Positions 1 to 13,525 of a DNA stretch of 20,000 nt are shown piece by piece (within the stretch, counting starts at the first letter, position 1; each line of letters begins with the position of its first letter). A program made the translations under genes and the position numbers. Below the pieces are notes generated by a model, which was given only the letters and a program-made list of their open reading frames with translations, did no database searches and was not told the DNA's origin. Origin of the DNA: Paramecium tetraurelia. Its lineage: Eukaryota. The stretch is from NCBI GenBank assembly GCA_000165425.1, contig CT868023.1, forward strand, positions 242,488 through 262,487, written 5' to 3'.

Positions 1-1175
1 GCCTCGCCATTCTTTAGATAATATAACAATAAAATTTCTTTTTAGTTATTCACTTCTGATTAAATTACCATCATTAAGAAAATTTCATGTTTTCGATCAA
101 TTACTTTTATTGATTCGTTGATCAAGCCGTACTTTAGCCAAACTAATGTTTATTTTGCATACTCCTTAATCTAACAAGTATGTTTATACGCATGTTATTT
201 TACATAGTCTTCTAATATATTTATTTAATTAATTATATTGAAAGAGTCAAGAATTTTAAGTTGTATTTCTCATTCATAAAATATATTGATAGATGTCATA
301 TAAGAATTTGTATTCTTATTAGAATTTTAAGAGTATTTCTAATAGAATTGGAGGATACATTTAATAATTTGAGAAATTAAAAAATTGCAATTTAATTTTA
401 AACCATACTATTTAAAGATGAAAGCCACCTAAATTATTCACAATTTATTCTGAATAATATTGAAACAACTTTAAAGAAGGCTAGTCTTGCTTAGAAATAC
501 AACATTATTCTATCTTATGACTTTATTCATCTGTTTTTCATTACTTAAGAATCTTTAATTATAAAAATGGTTGCCTTTACTGGTTGTTGAAACTCAATTC
601 TCTGCATAATAAATTTAAATTCCATACTATTCAATTATTTTGAAAGTTCTAAACCAATATTTCAAAAATAAATTACTTTGTCTCAAGGATTGTAAATATT
701 TCTTGATGCTTTCTTGAAGAATCAAATTTCTTTGATCATAAGACATAGTAAATACGTTATTACATCAATCATTTATACTTTTAAACCATTTCCTATTCTT
801 CAGTTTTATAATAATCTATTAACTTAGTTGTTGAATCCTTCATAATATTTCTTCAACTTCACTCTCAATTTCATTTCCTACTAATAGTAATATATTTTAT
901 TTTGTGATTCATTTGCAATATCACCTTTTCCTTTCAACTCTTCTTTCAAGGTTTTTTCTTTGAACTTTTTGATTTGCAATCATCCTTACAATATCCTTTT
1001 TTATTTAAATAAACTTTCACTTGTTTTACGAAGGTTGATCTTAACATTCTAGGTTTAAACTTCATAAATTAGCAATTTTGATATAACATTTTCTTAGAAA
1101 TTTTAGGAGAGTTATCGATGTTATCTTTATTTTCTTCTTTGAATCATTTGGATTTATATACTACCTAGTGGCCAT
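1..1175 (-). pseudogene. Possible degenerate or hypothetical minus-strand coding sequence, running off the left edge
   Basis: ATG at 1175 (or 1147) lies just downstream of an AT-rich stretch (1180-1260). The minus strand gives Lys/Glu/Gln-rich, protein-like segments in ciliate code (e.g. LQIKKFKEKTLKEELKGKGDIANESQNKIYYYQQEMKLRVKLKKYYEGF; ILEDYVKQHAYKHTC...LKNGRG). In-frame TGAs occur at 982-980 and 802-800, and I could not build a clean intron model. No recognisable family. Confidence 0.25.
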
Positions 1176-1720
1176 ATATATGGAAATAAATGAAATATAA
1201 TTAAATAATAATATAAATTATATATTAATATTTTCGCTTTATAAAATTTATTGAAAAAAAAGGGACATTACTTTTGATAGTCTTAAAAAGTGGTGTTTGT
1301 TTCAAATTTTTGAATGAATTTCAAAAAAGATAATTTACATCAACATATGAATACCAACATAAGTACTTTGATTAAATTAATGATAAGGTCTTTGGAAAAT
1401 AATATTTATGAGTAAATGAGTTCATCTATTTTAATAGTAGAGCTTTATAATGTTTATAATGTCAGAGACTTTTCTTAAATTCATTGATTGTTTAATTATA
1501 AATCCTGAATTATTTCAAAGATTATCAAATATATTTTTAAATTTTTTCTTAGTCACTTAAATACAGTAAAGACTTGTTGACTTTCTAAAATAAGAATTTA
1601 TCATCTAAAACTGTGACAACTGATTTTTATAGATATTATTATTAGGAAAAAAATTAATATTATGCACAGAATGAGAATTTAAATGGAAAGATATAATCAC
1701 ATTTAAATAATTATATTAAT

Positions 1721-4700
1721 ATGGTTTTTTTAATAAAGGCAATTATACTCTTATTACCCTTGCTAAGCCTAGCATAAAGAGTAAAACTTTAAGGATCGAA
1801 GTCTATACGTATGAATTGCAGAGAGATAGACAAAAGTTTAAAAAATTAATTTATTTTAGCAAACAATGGCTTTTTGGGAAGTTAGTACTTTTATCAGTCC
1901 CTTTCATAATCTAGAACTCTGCAAAATCTTGATAAGATTACATTTACTTTATGGATAAACGTTTATGAATAATCCAAATTAAATGGGAAGTAAATTTTGT
2001 TTGCTTTTGTTGATGGCAACACAAATAATCCTGTAAAGTATTTATTCATATTAGTATCTTAATTTAATGTTGTATTACTAATAATCTACAGGAAATTATA
2101 ATATGACATTAACGAATTAGAGATAGTCTCCAGAAATCCTTAACTTAACACGGTATAAATTTTATATATTCAAGGTAAAATGATCTTTATATTGGCAGCT
2201 GGTATCATATAGTTTTATCTATAGATTAAAGCACGAACCATACATTTATTAATTTGAAATTTTTTTCTACGATAGATTAATAGATGAATTCAATTTAGGA
2301 GACTCTAGTGAATTAAAAGTAAATAATTTCATTAGTATTAGATTAAAATATAACTTTGGGGTACATTCTAGAATAACAAATGAGTAATTATTTGGCTCCT
2401 CTACTGATTACAAAGCATGTGTCAACATTGCTAATTTTTATTACCATAACGGATGGACAACTATGGATTCAGAAATTTATTTGGACTATGATTTAGAACT
2501 GAAATTTTTTTTAAAACCTTATCAGTTAAAAGGTCTAAATGTTTCAGATTAATATATGAATGTAAATCTGAGATAAAAGTCTAACCCAATAATTTATAGT
2601 GATTCTATTGGATTGTTGTTGTTTAAAAATACACAGATAGTGTACACATTTATGGAGGATCTAGTTTCCTTAACAATGATGTTTTGGATTAAACCATAAA
2701 ATATAAAATCGCTTTTTTAGTTTATTTCTTTGACTGATGATTCATTGTAGTCGACAAGCTTAGGTTTTGGAGTAAATTTAGATTATTAATTATAATTTCA
2801 TTAAAATTATAGTAATTATTTCTTAGGTTTACTTGGTAATAAAACATGGTTTCATGTGACAGCAGGTGTTTTGGAGCTAAGTTATAATGCTGATTTTATT
2901 CCAACAAATTAAAAAAAGCTATTAAGAGTTTATATTAATAGTGAATAGGTTTCATAGAAAATCATATACAACATAAGATCATACAAAAGATTAATTTTTG
3001 GACCACTATTTATTGATACTATTGGAGCAGAAATGATTGATATTTAAGATATCAGAATTTTTAAAGGTTATGGCATTTAAGAAGGTCGAGGAGATTGCTT
3101 ACTATTTGTTGGGTCATATTGTGCATTCTGTTAACCTAATACTCATTATTGCTATGAGCAAGATCCAAATGATGATACAAATATTTATATTTGTGCAGCT
3201 GGCTTTTATGAAACTTAGAACGGCTGTTATCCTATAACGATATAGAATTGTCTTAGACAATAAAGACAATAGTGTAAAATTTGTGCAGATAATTACAATT
3301 TATAAAACGGATAGTGCTATTAGATAGATTCTTTAGTGTCTCCATATGCTTGCTAAGATTCTAATGCAATATTTTGCATTAGAAACATATTGAAATCTAT
3401 TGCTGAGAAGACCATTATTGAAATGAGCAAACTTTGTAAAACTAATTTTAACACTTAGAATATTAAGGCTCATTGCCAAGAAGATTTATCAAATAATTGC
3501 TTGTAGGCTCAATACTTTTAAAAATGCTTTAAATGCAGAAAAGATTACTATTTAACAGAATTAAATACATGTGAAAAGACTTGTACACAGGATTACAGAT
3601 TTTCATATAATCAAGTTTGCCTAAAAAAGTGTCCAGAAAAATATTTATACGAGTATGATTGTAAAAATACATAATAACAACTTATATACACATGCAACAG
3701 TGTGAAAAATTGCAAAAATAACGTAAGTAATATCAGTTATTATTGTCTAAATGATATCGAATTAACGGGTAAGTATTTAAAATGTGATCATCCTAATTCA
3801 AACTAGGATAATAAAAACTAACTGGATTGCCACTTATCTTGTAAATATTGCTTTGGTGGAAAGGAAAATCAATGTCTGGGCTGTTATGAAGATTAATTCT
3901 TTAGTCCTTATGATACAACTTGTGTGAAGGATTGCAATAATCTTAGAATGTTCAAATATAATAATAGAGATACAATGGTTTGCGAAATAGAATGTCCACG
4001 ACCTTATTTAACATAGGAATTAGAATGTGTCAAGAATTGTAAATATGGCTATGCTATTTATAATGCTACAGTATGTCTTCCAAAAACTAAAATTACAGAT
4101 AATTTCTTAATGACTTATTATGATACTTCCCAATAAATAACTATATTTGTTGATTGTCCTGAAGTTTGCTAAACATGCATAAGTGAAAAAATTTGTACTA
4201 GTTGTCTAAATCATTATATTTTAAACGACAATAAATGTCTTACAACATGCTATCCACAATATCTCTATGTTAATAAAGATTATGTCAATCATTGCTTAAA
4301 TAACTGTGATCCAAATGATTTTGTATATGATAATGTTAATATTGACGGATATTCAATTAGACAATGCTTCAAACTTAAATGTGGCTCTATCTAGATTAAT
4401 AAAAAGTAATAAACTTATTTACATTAAACGAAATATCGTACTTGTGTTTATCCATGTGACGATCAGTATTATCCTGAATAAAAAACAAATTAATGCTCTA
4501 AATGCAACTCACCTTGTTATAATTGTTAAAACTCAGCTAATTTTTGTACTAAATGCTTGCCAGGTTTATTTCTATAAGATAATAGTTGTATAAATCCCTG
4601 CATTTCTAAATTTAAAAATTATATCAATAATCAGTGCGAAGACACATGCTCTAGCGGATTTACAATTAACGATAAAATTAATGGCATTAAATATCAAGGC

Positions 4701-7700
4701 TGTGTTTCTTTTTGTGGGGAAATATTTTCTATGTTCCTTTATATACTCAATTTTTAATGCTACCAGACTCCCCCCATTGGAGCGTATTGCATAGGCTACT
4801 AATGTTACGATTGCTATTATTAATGCAAGACTTGTTCTGGTCCCTAACAAAATGAATGTTTATCTTGTTATGATAACACATTTTTTTTTGATAATTAGTG
4901 TGTAGTAGATTGTGATACTTAGTTTCATGATTTATTAAATTGGAAATGCGTCGATGTTTGCCCAAGCAATTCATACACTACTACATCTCTCAATATATTA
5001 ATTAATACAGAAGTTAAACTAAAAATATTCTGTTCCTCCACGTGCTTACATAATTAATTCTAATATTAGGATTAATGTACTGATACCTAACCAGAAGGAA
5101 CTTCCTGTGTTCAAAAGTCTGATTATAAATTATGTGATAAATGTGTAACTGAATGTGAGGAATGTGTTGACCACTATTCAACTACGTGTTAGAAATGTAA
5201 TCCAGGATTTTATTTATACAATACTACTTGCTCATAGGAATGTCCTGATGATATTCCTTATAAAGATACACTTAAAAATATCTGTGTTGATTTTTGTGAC
5301 AATAATTATTATCATTAAAATGGATTTTGCGTTGCTAGCTGTTTAGAAAATTATTACAGATACGATGCTCAGAAATAATGTTATGAATTTGATTGTCCAA
5401 AAGGAACGTATAACAAAGTTTCTACACTTAATTGTTACGATTGTTCTCAAGGATGTGCTACTTGTCAGGATGGAAAATCAAATTCATGTATCACATGTAA
5501 AGAAGGATATTTTCTGCAAGGTACTTCAAGATGTACAAATGTCTGTAATGTGAGTCCAGATCTTTATTAAGATTGGATTAATGGAAAATGTGTTAACTAG
5601 TGTCCAACTGGAACATACTTGTAAACTTTACCTAGTGAGTAACTAGCATGTAAAAACACTTGTCCTTTATATTATTATTCGAATCTTTGTGTTGCAATAT
5701 GTCCTGTTCAATCTTTTCTTGAAGGAACAACTTGCACTTCATGTGCAGGAGCTTGTAGGCTGTGTTATGGTAGATAAGCTAACCAATGCACATAATGTAA
5801 TTCTGGATATTATTTGGCTGATACTACTTGTGTTGAAATATGCCCAAATGCAACGCCTTATTAAAATCTAGCTGATTAAACTTGTGTCTCAATTTGCCCA
5901 CAAAATCATTTCTTGTATTTAGCAAAAAAATACTGTTTTAGCTATTGTCCAAGTACCTTAACTATTTATCAATTAAATGGTAAAAATGAATGTGTTGATT
6001 AATGTTATTCTAACTCTTATCTATACTCAAGAACGTGCTATCCATGCCATAGTTATTGTTAAGAATGCTATGGACCAAAAAATGGAAATTGTTTATCATG
6101 TTCATCAGAATACTATTTTTATGAATAAAAATGTGAAATATCTTGTCCATCATAATTATACACTGATTTACTAGATAGAAAGTGTAAAGTGTCTTGTCCA
6201 TCCACTACTGTTATATAAGGTTAGTATTGTAAAACCAATTGTGATACAAATTATTATTAATATGGCTAACTTTGTGTCCTAAACTGTCCACAATTTACCT
6301 ACAAATTAAGTGACAAATGTTTACTTTGCAACCCTCTATGTAGGTCTTGTAGTGGACCTTTAGCAACTTAGTGTTCTTCCTGCTTAGAAAATTATTTATT
6401 AAAAGGCAGTACTTGTACACAAGCTTGCCCAAACCTATATGATTACGAGACATAACAATGTGTGAGCACTTGTGATAAAAAGCATGAGTTAACTGATTTC
6501 AAAAGTTGTGTGACAACTTGTCCTGCTGGATATCTATAATGTAGTGGAAAATGTTTGAAAACTCCACCAGATGGGTATTATTCAGATGGAGTATATTGCA
6601 TCTAATGCAATAGCAAATGTACCAAATGCACATCCCTAAATATATGTTAAGCGTGCAGTAGAAACTACTTTCTAACTTTGTAGACCTGTGATAAGATTTG
6701 TACTAATAAATATCTTTACATGGATCCAACAACATAGACTTGCGTTACAAAATGTCCACCCTAACTTTTTCATTAAGAATCTTATGATAAAAGGAGTTGT
6801 GTTTAGGATTGTTTTTTAGGCTTTAAATTTAATGATTAATGCGTTAATTCTTGCCCAAAAGGAATGTATATTATGAATAATTTCTGTACAAATTGCCCTT
6901 AGAAATGTGAAGAATGCACTTCAGTAACAAATTGCACTGCATGCTCTCAAAATTATTTTTTGGAAAATGGAAGGTGTTAGTTAGGTTGTTTGGTTGGCAA
7001 AATGGATTATACCACTCATGAATGTGTCTCATAATGCGATCCATCATTATTTGAATATCAAAACTCATGTTTAGTTAGCTGTCCCACAAATCCAGTATTA
7101 TATTATCATTCAAATATTTGTATGGATGCATGTCCAAAAAATACATTCTAGAATAATTAAGAATGTCTTGATTGCGATGTGTCATGTTCATCATGTATTG
7201 GCCCATCAAACAATGATTGTCTAGTTTGCAAAGAAACTTATTACTTGCATGACTAATAATGTACTCTCACTTGTCCTCATTTATATAATGAAGTAGATAG
7301 ATCTTGTGTTATTTCTTGTCCTCCAAATCTTCTTTTAGATGGAAATAAATGTATTTTGATTTGTAGATAGTACATTTACTCTAATGCTTGTTTGTCAAAC
7401 TGTCCACCTGGAACACACGATGCAAATTTCATATGCTACGATTGCTCTTAGGATTGTCTAGAATGCGATTCTTTTGGCTGTATTAAATGTGGCAATGGAT
7501 CATTTTTAAATGATGGAATTTGTAGTAATTTTTGCCCATACTATTACAATATTATTTTAAATCAATGTGAGGAATAATGTCCTGAAGGAACATTTCTTTA
7601 TATTGATCAATGCTATGCATCTTGTCCAGCTAATACATATACATATCTGTAAACATGCCTTTTAGACTGTCCTTGGAGAACAACTTTAATAGAATCTATT

Positions 7701-10700
7701 TGCTACTAATGTCCAGAGAGATGTTCAGTTTGTAAAAATTAATATGAATGTCTTAATTGTGATGAACCTTATTACTAATATAAAGGAGAATGTGTTGTGG
7801 CATGTCCGATTGTACTTCCCTATTAAAATAAAATTTATCATGAATGTTAATCGGAATGTTCACCAAATACATATGAAAAAGGATATGAATGCGTTAAAGA
7901 ATGCGATTTAATTATCTATTAGAATAAATGTTTAAAACAATGTCCCTATGGTTATTATGGTAATACTATATGTAAGGCATGTAAATTAGAGTGCAAGGCT
8001 TGCACTGATTTTAATATATGCACAGAATGTTCAGATAATTTTTACCTTGAGTATAACTCATGTGATACATAATGTACAAGAATCATAGATTTGAAATAAA
8101 AGAAGTGCGTTGATTCATGTTCTTCTCTTTTGTATCAAAATGTGTGCTATGAAACTTGTCCTATAAACACCTATTAATATAAAAATACTTGTCTTCGAAA
8201 GTGCTTAGATGGATATTTTGGTTCTATAGATTTCAAATGCGAAAAATGCCCTTTTTAATGTATCACATGCATCTCATTTAACATTTGTAACAGTTGTAAC
8301 GTCGGATATTATTTATTTCAAAATTAATGTTTAGATTAATGTCCTGATAAATTATTTTCAAACCCATTAATCAGTCAATGTTCATAATCATGTCCAGGTA
8401 AAACATTCACTTTTAAAAATTCATGCCTGTATCAATGTCCAAGTGATTATTTTAATGACACCGAAAGTTATAAATGTGTTTCATCTTGTGGCAAACAACA
8501 ATATCCTGATAACAAAAATTGTTATCCCTGCTCATTTTAATGTGACTAATGCACAGCATATGGAAATTAAAATTGCATAGCATGTGCGGCTAATTACGTT
8601 TTAACTGAAGATGGACGTTGTTTTGGAAAATGTAAAGATGGTTATTATTAAACGTCTAATTCCTGTGAGCAATGCTTACATAAATGTCTGACTTGTTAAA
8701 ATGGCACAGAATGTTTATAATGCAGAGGAATGAATAGAGAACAAATTGACTGCTCATGTCCAAGAGGATTTTATGATGATCCATTCTATGATAATTGTTA
8801 ATAATGTCCTTGCGAGGAATGTACTTCTGAATCTGAGTGTTTAGTCTGCAAAAATAACCTATAAGTACCCAACTGTTCATGCAACAGGAGACTTAATAAT
8901 GATTGGTGTATTACTTGTTTAATAGCATCTGTCAATATATATTATTCGGATGACCTAAATTCAATAATAGTTTATTTTGGATATTTAATATCTGTTAATT
9001 TAATTAATCCGTTCGAACCCTCAAGCTGTTCTTTTTGGTTTAATAATGCTGAAATATTTGGACAAGATGCTTAATGCTACTTGTCATGGGACAGATATGC
9101 AGTTCACATCTTATTGGAGCTTTACGCTTCTGTAAATATTGGAGATGAATTAAGTTTCTAATAATCTTTTTACCTAGATGTAAATGAAGGTCTTTGTAAT
9201 GGATAATATATTGAGACATTTATTGATAGTACTGTGAAGGCACCATCATCTTAAACAAAACCTTATATACTTTTTGATGTACCATCTGTTGTAAGTACTT
9301 GTAAGACTATTGAAATTAAACAAATATTACTCGAAGGAACAGCAAAGAAGATTCAAGAGGTGTTATTTTGGACCCTTCATGAAATGGAAAATGATGATTA
9401 CTATTTTGAAATGGAGGCATTCTTAGGAAATTAAAAAAATGAATTCATCATTCCTATAGGTACCCTAGCTTCTAATGTTACATATACCATAACAGCCAAA
9501 TATATTAATTTCATAAAAAGAGTGAATTTCACAACATTCACATTCACCACACTACCAGATCTTGTTCCTTATGTCTTTCTATAATATAATCCTTTGATGG
9601 CTAGGGTCTATGTTTTTGATTGTAAAGTCACATATTCTGACATGAAAAATGAATTCAATTTGACTATTTAAGTATCTGATTCCAATAATAAAACTTATTT
9701 AGTCATAAAGCAATCCATTAATCCAATTTATGAAGTTCTATTAGACGAATCTCTTTTACCCAAAGAAACACCATTACTTTTTATGGCATCAACAGGAAGC
9801 TCTGTAATTCATGAAAAGATATGGCTAAAATCAAAAAGGATTGAAATTTAATTCCATTAAAAGAATAGATTTATTGGATTAGACAATTAAATTAATTCAA
9901 GAGCCTTTGATAGAAATATATAAGATGTAGTGTTAAGTACTTTAAATATTTAATATTAATGGTAATGTAATAATTTATTCAATTTATAACCTTGTAAGAC
10001 AAAAGAAAATAAAATTATGGAATTTCCATCCAGAAGAATTGTTGATATCCTTGCAGATAGTTAAAATACTACTTTCGTCTTTTTTGTTAAAGCATCTAAA
10101 GACACGAGATGGACAGTAAAGGAATAGTTGATAGTTGTCACAGATTTTGAAATCGAGGAAGAATTCGTATTAAATTAAGAAGTACCTCAAAATACTGTGA
10201 ATCTAAATAATGAAATAACTATTTTAATTAAAAATAATTAAAAATATGCTTTCATTATGTAAGAATTCAAAATTTTGGCTTCTATCAAATCTAAAGACTC
10301 AACTTTAAAGATTAGGCTCGCGGGATTGACAACCAATTATAAAAGTCCTGTGTACATATATCTAGTTCCAGGCAATGAATCTATATCATTTCAACTTAAC
10401 AGTCCTCCTTCTGAAGTTTAATTCAAAATTTATCCTTTTGTAGGTGAATCTTTAGATTACTTTAACTATTCAATCCAAAACCTACAACCTGGAAACAATT
10501 TTAGCATTTATTACTATTTTGAGATTTATATTCTCTAAATTGATGTAATTCAATAATCCATCGATTATGGTATTCCTTTGGTGATTAATTCTCAAGAATT
10601 GACAGGTTCCTTTTAACTTCCAAATGGAATTGTTGATGATGCGATATCCATTCTATGTTAAATTGAATCCTCAAAAGGATCAAAGTCGTATTTAGTATAG

Positions 10701-12687
10701 TATATTCAAGTCAATAGAAAAAATTATCAGATAAATAAATTATATTAAGCCTTCAATAATCAAACTAATTTTTCAAATTTGCAAAGTATTCACACTATGA
10801 CTAAACTAATGGAAATTGAATAATAATAGGTTTGCTTGAAACAATGTTCAGGCGTTGGTACATGCTTTGATAAAAAGTGCAAATGTCCTCCAGAATATTA
10901 TTTTGACGACTGCAGTGGAACCCTATAGGAACATAATAATTTCAGCAACCTTATTTTAAATGCTTTACAATAATTAATTAAAATTCCAATAACAAATGAT
11001 GATGAGTTTAGATTATTTAGTTAATCTTTATTGTACTTATCCACTCTAATTGATTTAAATAATACAATTACAAATTTAGATTGCTAATAAATTTTAGAAC
11101 AATACATTTAAAATCTTAATTCAAGATTATAAAAAATCAATCAATACTCAATTAATCTTCAATATCAGTCAACCACTTATCTTAATTACTCTCAAATTGA
11201 TATAAGATCATTTAAAAATTAGAATGATTTGCACACAGCCTTAAAGAGCACAGTAATTATGTGGGCCATAACTTTATTTACTTAAGACTCTGCTGTCTAT
11301 TAATTGCAAAGTCGCTTAAAAGACTTTTTGTCAGCCATAATAGAACTGTCTCTATTTGGTATTGAACTCAACGAATCTATTGATTACTCCTTTGATATAG
11401 CCTTTTTAAAAATTTAAAGAGTTAGTAATATATCTAATATCACAAAGGAAAGAATATTAGTTGAAACCACTGGAAATCATTTCAGTGATTCAGAATACTA
11501 TGACGTTGTTTAAGCTATATATATTCGAAATTATTTCTCTTTTGATGGTTACTATCCCTATCCTTTATAATTATATCCTCTTTACGATTACTAAATACGT
11601 CAATAAAATAGAAAATAAAATATTTTATTATCGACATACATCTCATACAAATTTAAAGCACTTAATGATACTACAAATTTGGTTTGCTTAATGAGAAATT
11701 CTTAGACATATGAATGGTCAAATCATAATTGCACACTTCATGAATTGAATACATCCTATTTTTGTAATTGTACAACACTTGCGCCAACAACTATTTGTAA
11801 TGATTATGACTACCTTTATTTAAGATCTCCTTAGTTCTAATTAAAAATTCCCAATCTGTTATATATTATTTACTTTGCATAACTAATCATATTAGGGATA
11901 TTTTTCATTTAGGCAGGGAAGTCTCAGCGTGATAAATCTATAGATAATAATAAATTTGGCTAAGTTATGAAATTGGCAAAAAGGAGCAAAGCAGCAATTT
12001 AAGGAAATAAAATAATTCCTATTGAGGATGAAAAACCAACAGCTTCAATTGAATTCAAATTACAGTAAAATACATAGCAACAGGCAGATAAAGACAAGTT
12101 TAGTCTTAATAACTTTTGGGTACATAATGTATTTATCATAGAAATATCATTTTCTAACTTCAATTATTTATAAAAAAATTTGTTACTTTAGCTCAATTCA
12201 ACGTTCTATTTTGATTTTATTGAGGTGGAATCAAGCTATTATTATTGGAGAAATCTTAAGTGTTATTGGATTCAATTATGATATTTCTATGTGGATCATC
12301 CTATCATCAATCGTTTTTAGTAGAATTTTTGAGTACATTTTCAAAGTAATCAGTTTCTTCTAATTTAGACTTAAATCAAATACTTTTTTTATATGAAATA
12401 AGTCATAATTCTGTTTATCATCAAATTATTCCTATTCTTGATAATATTAGGCACATTTTTATTTGGAATATACATCTATTTAATTATCTCTGATTAAACA
12501 AATTTGGTATTAAATACTAATTATCCATTAGATAATTTCATACACACTTGCCATCTTAATTGATTTACTATTTTTGGATATCATCTAATTTAGTGCCAAT
12601 AAATTTTTTGGATAAGAAAAGAAAAAATTAATTAGAAAAAAACTTAGAGAATTTTAATTTATAGCAAAGGCATAGAGTTTCAATTGA
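1721..12687 (+). CDS. Giant polycystin-1-like/adhesion-type membrane protein (~3609 aa): signal peptide, 2x LamG-like, furin-like Cys-rich repeats, REJ-like, EGF, GPS, 5 TM
   Basis: Ciliate-code translation. Exons 1721-2032, 2055-2152, 2175-2318, 2342-12119, 12142-12345, 12369-12506, 12532-12687 give a spliced length of 10830 nt (3609 aa + TGA). Starts MVFLIKAIILLLPLLSLAQ (signal peptide). LamG-like motifs ITFTLWIN, GSWYHIVLS, LTMMFWIKP, KTWFHVTAG, LRVYINS, IQDIRIF. CxxCxxxCxxC repeats ~3100-8920. REJ-like IQYQWQC and NSPP..IYPFVG..LPNG ~9250-10720. EGF 10833-10913. GPS-like C..W..C..CNC 11685-11790. Hydrophobic helices 11850-12590. Stop TGA 12685-12687. Confidence 0.9.
2033..2054 (+). other. 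Spliceosomal intron 1 (22 nt)
   Basis: GTAAAG...TTAG; removal restores the frame NNP|YLNLM. Confidence 0.85.
2153..2174 (+). other. Spliceosomal intron 2 (22 nt)
   Basis: GTATAA...CAAG; removal restores the frame into the LamG-like GSWYHIVLS motif. Confidence 0.85.
2319..2341 (+). other. Spliceosomal intron 3 (23 nt)
   Basis: GTAAAT...TTAG; removal puts the 9.8 kb exon in the Cys-rich frame. Confidence 0.85.
3819..8520 (+). repeat. Protein-level tandem super-repeat (~16 units of ~89-116 aa): one furin-like CxxCxxxCxxC..CxxC module plus four CxxxC modules
   Basis: Unit starts read from the translation at about 3819, 4146, 4494, 4803, 5133, 5433, 5733, 6036, 6318, 6597, 6885, 7164, 7434, 7701, 7971 and 8238, with a truncated unit at 8520. 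Units are diverged at the DNA level. Confidence 0.8.
12120..12141 (+). other. Spliceosomal intron 4 (22 nt)
   Basis: GTACAT...ATAG; joins NNFW|KYHFLTSIIY. Confidence 0.85.
12346..12368 (+). other. Spliceosomal intron 5 (23 nt)
   Basis: GTAATC...TTAG; joins YIFK|TQIKY and restores a hydrophobic TM frame. Confidence 0.8.
12507..12531 (+). other. Spliceosomal intron 6 (25 nt)
   Basis: GTATTA...TTAG; joins QTNL|IISYTLAILIDLLF (last TM). Confidence 0.8.
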
Positions 12688-13375
12688 TTCTGATATTATT
12701 TTTAAACAACATCTAAAATCTAGAGAAACATTAATCGTAGATTATTGTTAAAATTTTGTAGTTATTTTATTAAAGTCATTTATTAATAAAATTAATATAT
12801 AAATAAATTAAGATTTTATATTCCAGCCAAAATGATAAAAGTTGAGGGAAGATGCCCTTTTTAAATGAAATGAATGTAATTGTAGAAAGAAGGGCTTGGA
12901 TTACATAACCAATGTATTTTATTCTAGAAAATTCGCCCTTCTTTAAAAGATGGACCCATCACGGTGAACATTCTATGGTGGCCATAGATTGAACAATTAT
13001 ACAGAATAAACTCGGCTCAATCTAAATGCTGCTTAGGCTTGAACTTTGAGGTAATTGTAATAACATTTCACATTATGTGAGATTTGTCCTTATAGGGTTT
13101 GAAAATTCCTTCAACTACCCTGAAACATATGCCACTCATATTAAGTTTCTTTGGATTTATCTTTCAGTGATAGTTTATGTTGTTCTGACAATCTAAATAT
13201 CCGTACAGACGACTTGGTGGTTATTGTCTGTCTTAGAATGTTCGAATTAAAAATAAAATCATATATGTAAAAATTGATTCAAGTACAAAATGCTTGCAAA
13301 TGATTTAAATGCAACCGCTATTCGAATAAATGTGCAAAAGAATCATCCATTTTTACTCGAGCAACAAGCACCTTT

Positions 13376-13525
13376 NNNNNNNNNNNNNNNNNNNNNNNNN
13401 NNNNNNNNNNNNNNNNNNNNNNNNNNNNNNNNNNNNNNNNNNNNNNNNNNNNNNNNNNNNNNNNNNNNNNNNNNNNNNNNNNNNNNNNNNNNNNNNNNNN
13501 NNNNNNNNNNNNNNNNNNNNNNNNN
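13376..13525. other. Assembly gap (150 N)
   Basis: Run of N, same length as the other two gaps, so probably a fixed placeholder. Confidence 0.98.

Noticed and set aside
1312..1490. Short + strand table-6 ORF (MNFKKDNLHQHMNTN...)
   Set aside because: Under 60 codons with no recognisable motif; with a single stop codon, ORFs this long occur by chance.
1562..1615. IES-like inverted ends (TACAGT ... ACTGTG)
   Set aside because: The right end lacks the obligatory TA, and such short matches are expected by chance in AT-rich DNA.
3100..8920. Calling the Cys-rich gene a Paramecium surface (immobilisation) antigen or a furin/PCSK protease
   Set aside because: The Cys spacing is furin-repeat-like rather than the 8-Cys antigen period, the C-terminus is multi-TM rather than a GPI signal, and I saw no subtilisin catalytic domain.
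3037..11691. Short ORFs from the supplied track on both strands
   Set aside because: Standard-code artefacts: off-frame or antisense shadows of the table-6 gene at 1721-12687.
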